From Octopus vulgaris (Eukaryota), in assembly GCA_951406725.2 (NCBI GenBank), contig OX597833.1, positions 5,456,001-5,520,000 on the forward strand: a DNA stretch of 64,000 nt. The letters run 5' to 3'. This document shows, piece by piece, positions 1-14,054 of the stretch; positions within the stretch are counted from its first letter, which is position 1, and each line of letters begins with the position of its first letter. Position numbers and translations under genes: made by a program. The notes beneath the pieces are model-generated. The model saw nothing but the letters and a program-made list of their open reading frames with translations. It had not been told where the DNA came from and searched no databases.

Positions 1-133
1 TTTAATCGACCCCGAAAGGATGAAAGGCAAGGTAAAATCGATCTCGGCGGAATTTGAAATCAGAACGTAAAGACAGACGAAATACCGCTAAGCATTTCGC
101 CCGGCGTGCTAACGTTTCTGCCGGCTCGCCGCC
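1..133 (-). mobile_element. tRNA-derived SINE family A (Nin/Deu-domain-like), 5' part; runs off the window edge
   Basis: Reverse complement reads GGCGGCGAGCCGGCAGAAACGTTAGC...GATTTCAAATTCCGCCGAG..GCCTTTCATCCTTTCGGGGTCGATT. This is an A/B-box-like head plus the GCCTTTCATCCTTNCGRGGTCGAT core known from Deu/Nin SINEs. More than 12 copies occur in the window. Confidence 0.85.
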
Positions 134-226
134 CTTGGTTGGAAATATTAAGAAAAAAACGGGTGAGTGGTTAGTAATCGCCAAGTGGCAATACAATTCT
201 ACAATTCTATTTTAAGCCTTTAAATA

Positions 227-595
227 CCGTATTTTCCGGTATATTGGGCGCACATTTTTGTCCCCAAAATTCCCCCTTAAAGTCTCCCTGCGCCTTATAT
301 GCTGATGGCCAGGCTTTGGGTAGACAGGGTTAATATTATTAACGATACACAATACTGGTGGCGGCGGAGGCCAGTGGTAATATTTGACAGAGTTCAGGTA
401 TGTGTTGTAACTTTGCCAACCAAAATAGCTAACCAAAGGCGTTAGTCTAAATGTTCATGATTCCTATACATGAAAATATGTGAAATCTACATCAAGGGGA
501 TTTGGGGGTTAGCTGCAGTTTTTTCTCGCGAATTAGGCCCGCCTAAATTGGGCTGCCCCTTTTATATCCGTCTCCTTAAATGCCCGGAAATATGG
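227..595. mobile_element. Tc1/mariner-superfamily (pogo/Tc2-like) MITE
   Basis: Terminal inverted repeats CCGTATTTTCCGG...CCGGAAATATGG, flanked by TA on both sides (225-226, 596-597). No coding capacity. Confidence 0.75.
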
Positions 596-698
596 TAATT
601 CCAAGGGTCTTAATTTGTTATACAGTGTTTCGGGTATCTACCACCCGAATGAAATAGCTCAAAAGATATTTAGGCGCGAGTACCCAACCTTATGGTTG

Positions 699-761
699 TT
701 ACGCCCTTAATAGACGGGATTACGCCCTTATTAGACGGGGTTACGCCCTTTACAGACGAGG
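699..761. repeat. 21-bp tandem repeat x3 (TTACGCCCTTANTAGACGGGN)
   Basis: Three consecutive units ttacgcccttaatagacggga / ttacgcccttattagacgggg / ttacgccctttacagacgagg. Confidence 0.85.
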
Positions 762-916
762 TTTGGTCTCTTAATTTTAGATTAGTGTGTATTAAATTCT
801 GATTCTTTCTATGGGTGAATAAGTATTGAGAGGAACCGACCGTGATAAGGACGACGTTAATTACGTCATAAACTGTATCTTCTACGCATATTACAGCGTG
901 TTTAAAGACTACACCA

Positions 917-947
<31 letters not shown>

Positions 948-1052
948 TATGTAAGCATGCACATGTACACTCATATACTCACTCATGCATATAAAACGCA
1001 CACACACACATAAACATGCGCGCTTATATATATATATTCTTTTATTTTTTTT

Positions 1053-1435
1053 ACTCTTTTACTTGTTTCAGTCATTTGACTGCGGCCATGCTGGAGCACC
1101 AGCTTTTAGTCGAGCAAATCGACCCCAGGACTTATTCTTTGTAAGCCTCGTACTTATTCTGTCGGTCTCTTTTTGCCGAACCACTAAATTACGGGGACAT
1201 AAACACACCAGCATCGGATGTCAAGTGATGTTGGATGGGGACAAACACAGATACACAAACACATATATATACATATATATATGACGGTCTTCTTTCAGTT
1301 TCCGTCTACCAAATTCACCCACAAGGCTTTGGTCGCCCCGAGGCTATAGTAGAAGACACTTGCCCAAGGTGTCACGCAGTGGGATTGAACCCGGTACCAT
1401 GTGGTTGGGAAGCAAGCTACTTACCATACAGCACT
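1053..1435 (-). mobile_element. tRNA-derived SINE family B, near full length
   Basis: Reverse complement of the ~430-bp consensus GGCGCAGGAGTGGCTGTGTGGTAAG...GGTTCAGTCCC...CCTTGGGCAAGTGTC...(TA/TG)n...GCTCCAGCATGGCCGCAGTCAAATGACTGAAACAAGTAAAAGA, seen more than 25 times in the window. Confidence 0.85.
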
Positions 1436-1685
1436 GAACTCAGATAAATATTTACAGGTATAAATAGGTGTACATAGAAACAAGCGCACATATATTATTA
1501 TGTATGCACACACACACACACACACACTCACACACACACACTCACACACACACACGCATATATATATATATATTATGTGTGTACAAAAATGCGCGCACAC
1601 ATTCACATGTATATATACACGCATGCACCAAAACACACCGAACGGCTCTCTTTATCTCTGTCTCTGTCTCTCTCTGTCTGTCTGT

Positions 1686-1722
<37 letters not shown>

Positions 1723-2306
1723 GTCTTTATCTCTCTGTCGCCGTCTCTCATACATAAGCTCGTATACATACGTACACAATCGCACACAGACACACAGACA
1801 CACACACACGTCGACGCACTTACATAGGAAGTGCTGTTGAGGCTTGCGAAGATAAGATGTCGGAATCTTGACTTGACCCGTCGGTCATCAGTTTTCATCT
1901 TGGTGATTCTTCCGTGGGAAAAACTAATTAACTCTAATTACACTTTATTATAAAACTCGATGTAACCTTATTAGAGCTGGCCTTATTTCACTCTGGATCA
2001 CATGTTCTGAAGGGTGGCCATATTGAGAAAGGCTTCAATGCATGTTGCATTGTATTAGACACAGAAATGATTTCTGATTTTGATTTTAAATATAAGGGTC
2101 GCCAGCGGCGGACTGGCCAGGTTGCCAGCTTGCTCGATGGCAAGTGGGCCCCTACGCCATTAGAATCCATGTATGGGGGCCCGTGTTAGTATCTAAGGGG
2201 CCCATCCCCTCAATTATCAGAAGTTTTTTATTCACTCCTGGAAGAATGCATTAATTATTTCAGTCTGGGTGTGTTTGTACTCAATTGAAAAGAATACTTT
2301 TGACAA

Positions 2307-2374
<68 letters not shown>

Positions 2375-2418
2375 TAATAATAATAATAATAATAATAATG
2401 ATAATAATGATAATAATA

Positions 2419-2538
2419 AACAACCAAATATATGGCACACTAGGCATAACAACAAGGTGAACTTCCAACTTGTTGTCTCTTGAGGTCTCCGGGTGAGACT
2501 TGGAGCCAACTTGTACAAAGATAAAGCAAAAGTCAAAC

Positions 2539-2625
<87 letters not shown>

Positions 2626-2762
2626 GTACAACATCCCCACCCCCCAAATATATGGCACACTAGGCACAACAACAACATGAACTTCCAACCCTGTTGTCTC
2701 TTGAGGTCTCTGGGTGAGACTTGGAGCCAACTTGTACAAATATAAAGCAAAAGTCAAACATA

Positions 2763-2764
<2 letters not shown>
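2419..2764 (+). mobile_element. Two short 5'-truncated LINE 3' ends (probably a second R4/Dong-like family), each followed by (TAA)n
   Basis: Near-identical ~120-140 bp units at 2419-2541 and 2626-2764 (CAAATATATGGCACACTAGGC...CTTGAGGTCTC.GGGTGAGACTTGGAGCC...GTCAAACAT), separated and flanked by (TAA)n. Their 5' extents differ. Confidence 0.6.
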
Positions 2765-2807
<43 letters not shown>

Positions 2808-2811
<4 letters not shown>

Positions 2812-4711
2812 AAGGCGTTTGATAGCATCCCCCACACATGGATCCTCGAAACACTAGCCATTAACAAAGTAGCACCAACAATCATAAAATTCATAGAGCA
2901 CTCTATGAATAAATGGCAAACAGTCCTACACCTCCAAACAAAGAGGGAGACACGCTCTCTCCACTCCTTTTCAGCTTGGCACTGTCACCTCTATCTGATA
3001 TGCTAAATAGAACTGGATGCGGATATAAATGTTACGGCAAAACGATCAGCCACCTTTTATATATGGATGACCTAAAACTATACGCTGCAAATGACAAACA
3101 GCTGGAAACACTATTAAAGACAGTTCATGGATTTACCAAATAAATAGATATGAAATTTGGATTAGAAAAATGCGCCAAAGTAACCCTGAAAAGAGGAAAA
3201 CTAGTTAAGAGTAACAACATCACACTAGATAAAACCAATGAAATAAAAGAATTAGACCAAAGCCAAACTTACAAATACTTAGGAATCCATGAACTAGTTA
3301 AGACACAACACACAAATGAAAGAGAAAATAAAAAAAGAATATCATAGACGAGTTAGATCAATACTAAACACAGAGCTCAATGCTAAAAACAAGATAATAG
3401 GTATCAACACTTTAGCTGTCCCAGTTATAAGTTACAGCTACAATATCCTTAACTGGACACGAAATGAACTGACCAAAATGGATAGGAAAACAAGAAAAAT
3501 AATGACAGGATCTAGGATGCATCACCCAAAATCTGACATAGAAAGACTATATATACAACGTATAGAAGGTGGTAGAGGCCTTATACAGCTGGAAAACTAC
3601 TATAAAATAACCACCATAGGACTGCAAAAATATCTACTTCAGAAGGAAGGAAAACTGATCCAGATAGCGGCAAAACACGAGCAAAACAAAAAACTGTTCT
3701 CAGTATTTAAGGAAGCTGACAAATACAAACAAGAAATCATACCACCTAATAAACATGAAGAAGTAGAAGAAGATGAAGAAACAACAAAAGCTATAAAACA
3801 AATGAAATCCAAACTAAAAATAGAACAGCAACGAACCATGATAAAACGATGGCAAGAAAAGCCCCTTCATGGTAAATACTGGACTAAACTAAACGCAAAA
3901 GAAATAGACAAAGAAAAATCCCAGCAATGGTTGAGAAGCTCAGGACTCAAAGCAGAAACAGAGGGATTTTTAATTGCAGCACAAGACCAAAGCCTCCCCA
4001 CCAGAAATTACCAAAAACATGTAATGAAAAGAAATATTACAAGTAACTGCAGAATATATGGAGATGGACAAGAAACAATAAATCATATTATCTCTAGCTG
4101 CCCAGTCTTGGCTAAGAAGGAATATATTCACAGACATGACAGAGTTGGAACCTACATACATTGGAAGCTATGCCAACATTATGGAATAACAACAGAAAAA
4201 AGATGGTATAGGCACACACCAGAAAAGGTCACAGAAAACGAGAAAGCAACCATACTCTGGGATATGCCGATACACACAGATAGAGAAATTAAGGCCAACA
4301 GACCAGATATAGTTGTCAGAGATCATGAAGAAGAAAAATGCTTTCTAATTGATGTATCAATACCGGCTGATGACAACGTGTCTCTAAAAGAAATGGAGAA
4401 ACTCTCAAAATACAAAGACCTGGAAATAGAGGTAACTAGAATGTGGAATCTGAAAACAGAAACAATTCCTATCATAGTAGGTGCATTAGGCATGATAAAA
4501 AAATATTCAGACAAATACATAACAAAAACACCAGGACTTACAAACACATATAACATACAGAAAATTGCACTACTAGGCACTGCACACATCCTACGCAGAA
4601 TACTTTCCATACAATAACCATCAGAGCATCACAACAAATCACAGCACATACCCAAGGCACACAGAGCTGTGCTCGGTAGTGAAGTGAAAGTACGCTATAA
4701 AAATAAAACTA

Positions 4712-4714
<3 letters not shown>
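2808..4714 (+). mobile_element. R4/Dong-clade (RLE-type) non-LTR retrotransposon, 5'-truncated, inserted in (TAA)n
   Basis: RT motifs KKAFDSIPH (2809+), GDTLSPLLF, LLYMDDLKL and YKYLG. C-terminal CRIxG..ETINHIISSC knuckle, RHD, and RPDIV..IDVSIP..KLSKY PD-(D/E)xK nuclease. About 100-nt 3' UTR. (TAA)n on both sides, the known Dong target. Confidence 0.9.
3316..4617 (+). pseudogene. C-terminal 433 aa of the R4/Dong ORF (RT thumb, zinc knuckle, restriction-like endonuclease); upstream RT is disrupted
   Basis: ORF track 433 aa. The upstream RT has an internal deletion near 2940, a stop at 3141-3143 and a frameshift near 3300. The second knuckle Cys is replaced by Tyr (CRIY). Confidence 0.88.
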
Positions 4715-4810
<96 letters not shown>

Positions 4811-5074
4811 AAATAGATGATAGCATTGTAGTTGCGGGTGGATCCCCTCAGCCACCTGGCAACCAATATTTTTAGAGCCATTCCGCCACTGAAGGTAGCA
4901 ATTCTGAGGGAAGGACTTCGAAATCGGAGAAGCTGATTTGCATATATAACGTACCTCGTGTAGCTAGTTTGATTAATAAATTAATAAAAACGTGTTGACA
5001 ATGTTTTCCTTTAATGCTCTACCGTACTACAATAATATACCTGTAGATTTTAATGAACACTTAAATGATAGACA

Positions 5075-5365
5075 GGTGTATATGACTCAGTGGTTAGAGT
5101 ATCGTGCTCACGGTCATGAGGTAGTGAGTTCGATTCCTGGTCCGAGCTGTGTGTTGTGTTCTTGAGCAAGACACTTTATTTCATGTTGATCCAGTTCACT
5201 CAGCTGTAGAAATGAGTTGCGACATCACTGACGCCAAGCTGTATCGGCCCCTTTTCCTTTCCCTTGCATAACATCGTTGAGAAGGGAGGCTGGTATGCAT
5301 GGGTGAGTACTGGCCTCCCATGAAACAACCTCGCGGTCATTCATGACCGAATGGGGTCTTTACTC
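5075..5365 (+). mobile_element. tRNA-derived SINE family C (V/Meta-like central domain), diverged
   Basis: TGACTCAGTGGTTAGAG (A box) ... GAGTTCGATTCC (B box) ... TGTGTTCTTGAGCAAGACACTT...CACTCAGCTG. Related to 20165-20440 and 21414-21666. Confidence 0.7.
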
Positions 5366-6124
5366 TTTTATCCTTACCTTTTTTTATAGTTTGCTTTAAT
5401 AAGTGTTATCTCCGTGGACAGGAAAAAAAAAGATTAGCCGGACAAGTTTCAATCCTGTGTTGGGATGTCATCAGTGATAGAATTACTACCTTTGACTTAA
5501 TTGCATGTTGGAAAAATATAGAACAGTCGGGGTTGGGATGGCTTTGAACATAGATCTTCTCTACCAGAGCTAGCCAGGGGTTAAACATCATCATCAACAA
5601 CAACAGCAATGACAGCAGCATGTCAATGAGGCACAGTGTACCAGGAAGTAATTCTGTCCCACGTACATTATATCTGGTAGGCTGAACTATTTGGTCGATT
5701 ACGTTACAACAACAATAACACCAACAACAGCACCACAACAACAACATGAACAACAACAACATGAACAACAACAGTAATTGTAACATCAATAGCAACTGTA
5801 GCACTAACAACATTTAATAACAGTAACACCACCACCACCACCACTACTACCGCCCCCACAACCACTAAAACCCTTCAAGGCGGTGCTCCAGCATGGCCGC
5901 AGTCAAAATGACTGACAGAAGTAAACGAATATACGACGAGCTTCTTTCGGTTTATCGGAAATAGTTGGAAGGATTTGGTGGAACGGGGACATAATAGAAG
6001 TCGAAGGTGCTGCACAGTGGGACTGAAACCAAGTCCATACAGTTGGGGAGCAAGAGGCTTAGGGTTAGGGTTAGGGCCGCACCTGCTGCTGGCAGAAAAT
6101 ACTTTAATAAAATATTTTATGCAT

Positions 6125-6950
<826 letters not shown>

Positions 6951-7000
6951 TGTCTTTAGCATTATATGCACATGGGCTCACACTAACACCACACACTCAT

Positions 7001-7400
7001 GCAGGAGTGGCTGTGTGGTAAGTAGCTTGCTTACTAACCACATGGTTCCGGGTTCAGTCCCACTGCGTGGCATCTTGGGCAAGTGTCTTCTGCTATAGCC
7101 TCGGGCCGACCAATGCCTTGTGAGTGGATTTGGTAGACGGAAACTGAAAGAAGCCCGTCGTATATATGTATATATATATATGTATGCGCGTGTGTGTTTG
7201 TGTGAGTGTGTTTGTCCCCCTAGCATTGCTTGACAACCGATGCTGATGTGTTTACGTCCCCGTCACTTAGCGGTTCGGCAAAAGGGACCGATAGAATAAG
7301 TACTGGGCTTACAAAGAATAAGTCCCGGGGTCGAGTTGCTCGATTAAAGGCGTTGCTCCAGCATGGCCGCAGTCAAATGACTGAAACAAGTAAAAGAAAA
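7001..7400 (+). mobile_element. SINE family B, full length
   Basis: GCAGGAGTGGCTGTGTGGTAAG ... ACTGAAACAAGTAAAAGA. Confidence 0.9.
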
Positions 7401-7508
7401 AAAAATATATATATATACTTATGTATATAAATATATAAGGATGGGGAATTATTAGATAGAAAGAGAGAAGCAGAGGAGGAAGGAAAGTAAGAAAGAGAAA
7501 GAGATGAT

Positions 7509-7543
<35 letters not shown>

Positions 7544-7932
7544 GAGGGGAACAAAATGCAATTGAGAGGAAGGGAATAAATAAAAAAGCGAAGATAAAGA
7601 GAAAGAACGAGAGACAAGGAGAGAGAGAGACAGAGAGAGAAGGTAGGAGGGGGAGGAGGATTGAAAAATACAAAAAAAAAAAGTGTTGTGGCGAGAGTAG
7701 GAGTCGGAGGAGGAAGAGGAGGAGTCGGAGGGGTATTTTGTTTGTTGAAAGAAGCTGAAAAGAAAGTTATTAGAGCAATTAAGAAGAAACCAGTTGAAAG
7801 GGAGTTTTTTTTCTGATTCTTCTGCAGCGCGCACTGACTGCCGAGTGGAGCAACACTGCTGCTGTTGTTGGTGTTGCTGTTGCTGTTGGAGGTGTTGTTG
7901 TTGTTGTTGTTGTTGTTTGTTATACACAGTGA

Positions 7933-7969
<37 letters not shown>

Positions 7970-8599
7970 CACATACACACACGTATACATTCACACACAA
8001 ACACGCACACATAACATAACATACGCACCCAAGTGTGATAACGTATTATGTAGTATCAATACACATTTATGAATTAAGCGTTCATTCACATAAATATACA
8101 CATACATATATACACACGTGATTATATCATATATAAATATATATATCACCTATATATATTGTTACCTAAGATACATACCTTGTAGATATTCCCCTGCACG
8201 CACTCACATTTATATATATTTATATATATATACATATATAATACATATACACATACACCCATATACACAAAGATATACGTACATCTATTTTTATATACAT
8301 ATATATATTTATATATATATATATATATATATAATACATTTACACATACGCCCATATTCACAAAGATATACGTACATCTGTTATTATATACATATATATA
8401 TATATATTTATATATAGTAGAATTTTTATTAGGTGAAACTTAATACACGCAGTATAAATATATATTTACATACGATATCAACGCACATACACACGGCTAT
8501 ATCTGTTTATCACCGGACGTATCCATCCATACGCTGTTTATAAATATAAAAACACACTATATTCTTAACTGTGAGACGTACTAACGAGGCGTTGCAACC

Positions 8600-8687
8600 A
8601 TGCCTAGGAAACCACCTTTTTATATGGATGAAAATATTGTTCCTTGGAAATTGCCGAAATTTCCGACTAGGAAGAAGAAACTGAAAG
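8600..8687 (+). CDS. Candidate first coding exon of an unidentified host gene (MPRKPPFYMDENIVPWKLPKFPTRKKKLK, phase 1)
   Basis: Unique CpG-containing sequence, GCAACCATG start context, 29 open codons ending at a strong donor AAG|GTAAGG. No homology recognised. Confidence 0.3.
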
Positions 8688-9025
8688 GTAAGGAGGGATC
8701 ATTCTTGTCCCCTATTTATTTTTTTAAAAATCAGTATTTAATCAAAAGGTAAAGTCACTCACCTAACTTCTTTTTAGTCTGAGATAGATATGAATTTTTT
8801 TCTTCTTTTTTCAATTAGAGGTGTAATTTATAATATTACATCGGAGTTGTGGAATAGCTGTCTTTCGGAGTCCCATACCTCATCCGGAGAGGATAAAGGT
8901 AGGGAAACGGGTGGGGGTGGGATGGGGGGTTAATGTAAAGGAATCGGAAACTTTTGGAAAACTTTTGTTTTGAGAAGCGTAAATTGTTGTATGGAACGTC
9001 GAAGGCGTATATGTATATATGTATG

Positions 9026-9059
<34 letters not shown>

Positions 9060-9139
9060 TGTATGTATGTATGTATGTATGTATGTATCCATCTATCTGT
9101 CTGTCTGTCAGTCTGTCTATCTGTCTGTCTATCTATCTC

Positions 9140-9198
<59 letters not shown>

Positions 9199-9207
9199 CT
9201 CTCTCTA

Positions 9208-9309
<102 letters not shown>

Positions 9310-9469
9310 TATATACACATATGTATGTCTGTATACAAATATCGCATATCGACCAGGTTATCGAAAGCTGTTATATATCGCTGATCGCCTGTGTGTGTAT
9401 ATGCGTATGCGAGTGTGTATATATATATACACACACCGAAAGGAGGTGCAGTCCATATCCTTTACCTCC

Positions 9470-9513
<44 letters not shown>

Positions 9514-9633
9514 GTATATACATACACAAATACATACATACATTCATGTGTCTGTGTATGTGTATATGCTTTTGTAATATCGTGCGTGCATGTGTATGTG
9601 TGTTTATTATACAAATATACACGAGTGCTTATA

Positions 9634-9889
9634 CAATAATCCCTCGACTATCGCGGTTGTTACGTTCCAAAACCACCCCGCGATAGGTAAAAATCCGCGA
9701 ATTAGAAACAGCACTGTACTGTATATTTTTTAAAATTATTTTTACAATTTGTATATAGGATTTCGTTTACATCTCCGTCATGTGAGCCATTTGTTTTATT
9801 ATAAATGCAAAACACCACCACGGAGGAATCAACGTAAGCTTAAATAATAAATCGCGATAAGTGAACCGCGATATGGCGAGGGATTACTG
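9634..9889. mobile_element. Tigger/pogo-like MITE
   Basis: TIRs CAATAATCCCTCGACTATCGCGG...CCGCGATATGGCGAGGGATTACTG with TA on both sides. Confidence 0.8.
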
Positions 9890-10130
9890 TATGTATTTTC
9901 CCAAATAATCCGATAAATCTTTATTGTATATTGACATTAACCATAGCAAAGTACTACGGAGAGAGAGAGAGAGAGAGAGGAATTCACGCTTCTTGCTTTT
10001 CAACGTAAAAGTGTGCGCATGTAAAGCCATCGTGGATGTTTTGAAGTTTGTAATGAGAGTTCTATAAACTATCTCTGTTTACATAACTGTTCCTCCCTCT
10101 CTCTCTCTCTCTCACGCTCAGCCATACTCG

Positions 10131-10191
<61 letters not shown>

Positions 10192-10319
10192 GTCTGTTCA
10201 TTGCGCTAGTTACAGTGATACTCTGAGTAACAGTTTTTGTGATATTTCTGCTGCTTTTTAATAAAGCATATTACTCTACCTCTGGTATTTGAGTACTTTT
10301 TTTCCACCATGTTTCACAT

Positions 10320-10453
10320 TTATGTGCTTACTTCGGTAAATATATATATATATATATATGTATATACATACATATATATATATATGTATATATATATATA
10401 CATATTTACATATATATATTTACATATATATATGTATATATATATATATATGC

Positions 10454-10515
<62 letters not shown>

Positions 10516-10516
10516 A

Positions 10517-10611
<95 letters not shown>

Positions 10612-10669
10612 AATAATATATATTATATATATATATAATATATATATATATGTATATATATATATAATA

Positions 10670-10711
<42 letters not shown>

Positions 10712-10715
10712 AATA

Positions 10716-10760
<45 letters not shown>

Positions 10761-10922
10761 GTATAGATATATATGTGTATGTGTGTGTAGGCATAACAAG
10801 TGTGCGCCCCCAACCCCATTATTCGCTATCGCAACCACCACCACCACCACCACCACCATCACCACCACCACCACCACCACCACCACCATCACCACCACCA
10901 CCACCACCACCACCGCCACCAC
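10320..10922. repeat. (TA)n and (CAC)n microsatellites
   Basis: Direct reading. Confidence 0.95.
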
Positions 10923-11080
10923 ATAACTTTGGTTCTTCATAACTTTCTTAAAAACGTTTTATTTATTTGCTTTCATTTCACCGAAGATGTTGAATAAGAT
11001 TAACTTTGTATGTATGTATGTATGTATGTATGTATGTATGTATGTATGTATGTTTGTACGTTTGTTTGTATGTATGTATG

Positions 11081-11116
<36 letters not shown>

Positions 11117-11348
11117 TCTTTCATTCTTTTACTTGTTTCAGTCATATGATTCCCAGGACTTATTCTTTGTAAGCATGGTGCTTAATCTACCGGTCTCTTT
11201 TCGCCGAACGGCTATGTTAAGGGGACATAAACACACCAACATCGGTTGTCAAGCGATGGTGGGGGGGACAAACACAGATACAGAGGCACACATCATATAC
11301 AGACACGCACACATATATGTTTATATATATATATAATATATATATATC

Positions 11349-11430
<82 letters not shown>

Positions 11431-11431
<1 letters not shown>

Positions 11432-11612
11432 AAGTTAATCCAAACAAGAAAGCACAAAAAACACAACAACGCGTGGACGTGGAACAAATATAGTATTATT
11501 GGACGCGGAGGAAAGAAGAAAAGGAGGAGGGTTTAACGTTTCGAGCGGAGCTCTTCGTCGGAAACATAGGAGAAGGAAAGATCCAGAGAAGGGAAGACGG
11601 AGGAAAAAAATC
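11431..11612 (-). mobile_element. Penelope-like terminal-repeat fragment (family P1) in (TA)n
   Basis: Shared with 31775-31990 and 61198-61380. It carries a hammerhead-like core and is flanked by (TA)n. Confidence 0.65.
11531..11565 (-). ncRNA. Minimal type I hammerhead ribozyme motif (variant core CCGACGA)
   Basis: Minus strand GUUU-CCGACGA-A-GAGC-UCC-GCUC-GAAA-CGUU-AAAC. Confidence 0.5.
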
Positions 11613-11630
11613 ATATATATATATATATAT

Positions 11631-11661
<31 letters not shown>

Positions 11662-11703
11662 CATATATTTATATATTACTTATGTTATATTATCATATAT
11701 ATA

Positions 11704-11807
<104 letters not shown>

Positions 11808-12242
11808 ATGTAGCTGTGTGGTAAGAGGCTTGCTTCCGAACGGCATGGTTCCCGATTCAATCCCGCTGCACGGCACACAAGGCATATGCCTTTTACTGTA
11901 CACCCTCGGGTTCATTAAAACTTTCTGGGTGAATTTAGTAGTAGGAAACTAAAAGAAGCCCATCATATATAAATATATATACACACACACATAAATATGT
12001 ATGCATGTATGTACTTGTATTTCTGTTTGTACGTCACCATTACTTGAGAACCAGTATTGGTTTGTTTACGTCCTCGCAAATTAGCCTGAACTCCAACTTT
12101 AAACGGAAGGGCTGCGGTGGCTGCCTGAATGAAGATTTGTTAAGGGCAGTCTATCGATCAAACTGCCCCATCTCTACATTCGTACAAAACGATAGACAAC
12201 AGGCAGACAATACGAGATATTCTATGACAATAAGCGACCATA

Positions 12243-12417
12243 GCGCAGGAGTGGCTGTGTGGTTAGTAGCTTGTTTACCAACCACATGGTTCCGGGTTCA
12301 GTCCCACTGCGTGGCACCTTGGGCAAGTGTCTTCTACTATAGCCTCGGGCCGACCAAAGCCTTGTGAGTGGATTTGGTAGACGGAAACTGAAAGAAGCTC
12401 GTCGTATATATGTATAC

Positions 12418-12465
<48 letters not shown>

Positions 12466-12679
12466 TTGTGTGTCTGTGTTTGTCCCCCGAGCATTGCTTG
12501 ACAACCGATGCTGGTGTGTTTATGTCCCCGTTACTTAGCGGTTCGGCAAAAGAGACCGATAGAATAAGTATACTGGGCTTACAAAAGAATAAGTCCCGGG
12601 GTTGAGTTGCTCGATTAAAGGCGGTGCTCCAGCATGGCCGCAGTCAAATGACTGAAACAAGTAAAAGAGTAAAGAGTAG
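12243..12679 (+). mobile_element. SINE family B, full length, between two copies of a ~234-bp direct duplication
   Basis: Consensus match. Flanks 12007-12239 and 12681-12915 are near-identical. Confidence 0.9.
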
Positions 12680-13173
12680 GGTATGTACGTGTATTTCTGT
12701 TTCTACGTCACCATTACTTGAGAACCGGTATTGGTTTGTTTACGTCCTCGCAACTCAGCCTAAGCTCGCAACTTTAAAACGGAAGGGCTGCGGTGGCTGC
12801 CTGAATGAAGATTCGTTAAGGGCAGTCTATCGATCAAACTGCCCCATCTCTACATTCGTACAAAACGATAGACAACAGGCAGACAATACGAGATATCCTA
12901 TGACAATAAGCGACCGTATCACATCTTGTTTATATTTATTCAACATGTAAAAACAGACGCCCTTTTTCTTTGCGCTTGTGGCTTCATTTTTCTTTTTCTC
13001 TGAGTTGTGTAAATATGAATGACGTTATCTAATCCACTACCTGTTGTCTGCCCGGCTTCGCTTTTGTGGCGTTGATCCTTTTAGTGTTACGATGTTGGAC
13101 ATGGCCCGGGTCAAATATCTTCGTCTTTTATTATGTCGAATACCTGTCCTACACACACACACAAACACACATG

Positions 13174-13231
<58 letters not shown>

Positions 13232-13325
13232 CTTTTTCTCACACACACACACACACTCTCTCTCTCTCACACACACTCTCTCTCACACACACACACACAC
13301 TCTCTCTCTCTCACACACACACACA

Positions 13326-13356
<31 letters not shown>

Positions 13357-13549
13357 TCTCTTTCTCTCACACACACTCTATCTCACACATACTCTCTCTC
13401 TTTCTCTCTCTTTCACACACATAGACATACTCTCTCTCTCTTTCTATCACACACACACTCTCTCTTACACACACTCTCTCTCACACACACAAACACATTC
13501 AGACCCATATACATATATCCGTCTATTTCTCTACATATTTATTTTTTTT

Positions 13550-13731
13550 AATTGTTTTAGTCGTCACTTGACTACGGCCATGCTGGAACACCGTATTAAA
13601 GCCCTTTTAAGTCGAAGAAATCCACCCTAGGACTTATTCTTTGTAAGCCTAGTACTTATTCTATCACTCTGTTTTACCGAACCGCAATGTTACGGGGACA
13701 TAAACACACCACTATCGGTTGCCAAGCGATG

Positions 13732-13774
<43 letters not shown>

Positions 13775-13912
13775 GGGCTTCTTTCAGTTTCCGTCTACCA
13801 AATCCTTTCAGAAGGCTTTGGTCGACCCGGGGCTATAGTAGAAGACACTTGCCCAAGGTGCCACACATTGGGACTGAACCCAGAACCATGTGGTTGGTAA
13901 GCAAGCTACTTA
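13550..13912 (-). mobile_element. SINE family B
   Basis: Reverse-complement consensus match. Confidence 0.8.
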
Positions 13913-14054
13913 ACAGAATCTCCTCCATTTCATAAATATGAATGAATTTGTTGAACTTTGTTTAATATGTTAATTTATATACTGATTACATATATAGATA
14001 TATAGATAAATTAAGAAATGGACTCAAACGCAGGTGTTATTCAAATCTTTAAAC

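Noticed and set aside
2103-2210. hAT-like terminus CAGCGGCGGACTGGCC with GGGCCC motifs
   Set aside because: No matching second end or 8-bp TSD was found; left unannotated.
8238-8415. ~93-bp two-copy duplication within TA-rich DNA
   Set aside because: Ordinary slippage or unequal exchange within a microsatellite.
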